64,000 nt of DNA from Clostridiales bacterium (GTDB taxonomy: Bacteria; Bacillota; Clostridia; Christensenellales; DTU072): the NCBI GenBank assembly GCA_012800525.1, contig JAAZJD010000021.1:15402-79401 (forward strand). The letters run 5' to 3'. The position numbers were made by a program, and so were the translations under genes. Below the pieces are notes generated by a model. That model was not told the origin of the DNA. It worked only from the letters and a program-made list of their open reading frames with translations, and ran no database searches. Below are positions 61,801 through 64,000 of this stretch, piece after piece. The stretch's first letter is position 1. Each line of letters begins with the position of its first letter.

Positions 61801-64000
61801 CTAACTCAAAATGCCATCATCAACATCAGAAACATGCTTTATTATTGTAATTATTTTACCTGGCTTTGCTATAATAGGCTTTCCTTTTGAATCTTTATTT
61901 TCAATTCGAATATCTTCTGTATTGACTACTTTAGTCTTATAATCATCTAGTACAAAAACAACATCAAACGGCTCTAAAACCTTTTTTGCAAACATTACCT
62001 TTGTTTTTTGATTATAAACATCCATTATTCTAATACCCTTTCGTGCTCTTCTCATCGGAGCAAATGTTGATGCTACAACTCTCTTGCCAATTCCTTTGTC
62101 GTTAATTATTACAATTTCACCAAGAGCTGAACACTCATCTTCAAGTAAAGAGTAATTTTCAACAGTTGCTTGTTCTGCATAGATAACTTCTTCTTCAGGA
62201 TTTAAGCTCATACCTTGAACGCCACCTGCAATTCTACCTTGTTGAGAAACATCATTAGTTAGCATATTAACACATTGTCCATCTGTAGATATGAAAAAGA
62301 CTGTGGCAGTTGGGTCAACAATTTCGCCATTAATGACCTCATCACCTTCATTAATTCTTCCATATTGAAAAATGTCTCTATTTACTATGTATTGTTTTAG
62401 TAAAGTTCTCTTAATTAGACCTCGTTTAGTGTAATAAAAAACTTCTTGATAATCATCTACCTTATCAGCATCAAAAGAAAGTAAAAATACAGCTTTTTCA
62501 TCTTTTTGCTCTATATTTTCAAATAAATTTTCAAGCGTCATCGCAGGCTCTTCCCAAGGTCTTTCAGGAGCGGTATTGGTGTCTAATTTATAGCAATTAC
62601 CTTTATTTCCAAAAATTAAAGTTAAGTGATTTGGCTCAACTTGCACCAAAGATGTAAGAAGAGATTTATATTCTGCAAATTCCGCTTCTCTATTTGCCCA
62701 TAAGTAATTTCTACTAGATAAGACCTTAACTCGTCCTTCAGCATCAATGCCAACAAAACATCTCTTTCCGGTACCTAATTGCTCTATATCTATAGGCCTA
62801 ACATCAATATCCTTAAAACTCTCAACAATAGTTGTCAAGCGTTTAATTTTATACTTATCCCTAATTTCTATTAGCTCTTTTTTTATGACTTTATCTTGTT
62901 CTCTAACCGAAGCAATAATTTTTGAAAGTTTGTCAATGGTATCTAAAAGTTCTGCAAGCTCTTGTGTATATTTATTAACGTCCAGTTTGTTTATATTACC
63001 AAGTTGCAATGACAAAACAGCCTCAGCTTGTGCTTCAGAAAGTTCAAAACGCTCTTTTAGTCGTGCTTTTGATTCTGTCCTAGAAGAACTATTTCGAATT
63101 ATTGAAATAACTTCATCAATATCTGCAATGATAATGTTATAGCCTTCTAATATATGTGCTCTAGCTTTTGCATTATTTATATCATGTAAGCTCCTTCTAT
63201 AAACAACCTTTCTTTGATATTCAAGATAATACTTTAATATTTGAATAAGACCCATTTGCCTTGGTTTCCCACCTGCTATTGCAACCATATTGATATTTAC
63301 TCTAGTTTGCAAATTAGTGTCTTTATATAATTTATTTAATAATTTAATAGAATCAACACCTTTTTTTAATTTAACAACAATTCTCATGCCATTTCGATCA
63401 GATTCATCGACAACATCAATAACATCAACATATAATGGCATTTTTTTATCTTTGTTTTGATAAATTTTTTCAATGATTCCTGTTTTTTTAGCATTATATG
63501 GTATTTCGGAAATTACAATATTTTGAGTTCCATTGGGTTCATTTTCAATATCAACTTTACCCCTAAGTTCTACTCGTCCTCTTCCAGTTTCATAGGCTTC
63601 TATAAGTTGATCACCACCATACATAAACCCACCTGATGGAAAATCTGGTCCTTTGATAATTGTCATAAGCTCATCAAGTTTAATACTAGGTTTATCTATC
63701 ATAGCAATACAACCGTCAATAACTTCTGTTAAATTATGGGTTGGAATATCTGTTGCAAATCCAATAGATATTCCAACTGAGCCATTTACTAATAAATTAG
63801 GAAATCTTGCAGGAAGCAATTCAGGTTCATCTAAAGTATCATCAAAATTCTTTCGCCAATCTATTATAGTTTTTTTATCAATATCTCTTAGCATTTCCAT
63901 ACTTAGTGGAGCAAGCCTTGCTTCAGTATATCGCATTGCTGCTGGACTATCTCCATCTATTGACCCGAAATTCCCTTGCCCTTCCACTAAAATATTTCTC
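61801..64000 (-). CDS. parC: Type IIA topoisomerase subunit A, most likely topoisomerase IV ParC; the N-terminus lies outside the window
   Basis: The frame stays open to the window edge (..[30 protein letters not shown]). [19 protein letters not shown] is ParC-like (GyrA usually has GIAVGMATNIPPHNL). No GyrA-box (Q-x-R-G-G-x-G) is seen at the start of the C-terminal domain. Confidence 0.7.
   Translation of the reverse strand, partial: [732 protein letters not shown]

Noticed and set aside
61801-64000. Calling the partial topoisomerase gene gyrA
   Set aside because: The GIS.G(F/Y)ATDIP motif and the lack of a GyrA box favour ParC. gyrA remains possible until the full gene and its neighbour (parE or gyrB) are seen.

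Overview
AT-rich, standard-code window that looks like a low-GC Bacillota-type chromosome. Support: tRNAs with encoded CCA, a Bacillus-type large SRP RNA with an Alu domain, AGGAG-type ribosome-binding sites, and several lipobox lipoproteins. The flanks are ordinary housekeeping genes. Left side: dapA (partial), dapB, a minus-strand run of surface lipoproteins with proS embedded, SRP RNA, hflX, an iron-type alcohol dehydrogenase, a GPH-family symporter, lplA and an 8-tRNA operon. Right side: rdgB, a GH3 beta-glucosidase, a CofE-like protein, guaB, an aminotransferase, der and parC (partial). The centre (about 14,426-52,067, roughly 59% of the window) reads as one minus-strand operon. Its first gene is a single uninterrupted 33,840-nt ORF of 11,279 aa, with a TTG start, an AAGGAA ribosome-binding site and a TTGCAT-17-TATAAT promoter candidate. 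Three smaller genes follow it, separated by a 24-nt gap, a 52-nt gap and a 1-nt overlap or 11-nt gap. The giant protein has an N-terminal hydrophobic anchor or signal. It then has a ~1,300-aa head containing two paralogous unknown domains interleaved with Listeria-Bacteroides-type repeats. Next come ~9,460 aa of MBG/YDG-like modules, which I estimate (not count) at 85-100 modules, organised into at least two families of ~1.25-kb four-module super-repeats. It ends in a GLUG-type beta-helix with no LPXTG or C-terminal membrane anchor. The three downstream proteins all start with a Lys-rich, hydrophobic, [ST]-x-[SA]-[WY]-[YFW] N-terminus that resembles the SipW-dependent (TasA/camelysin-type) signal peptide, and the last one carries BspA-type LRRs. 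I consider this giant fibre plus accessory-gene cluster the thing worth following up. All domain calls are by-eye motif recognition; no HMM or structure search could be run.
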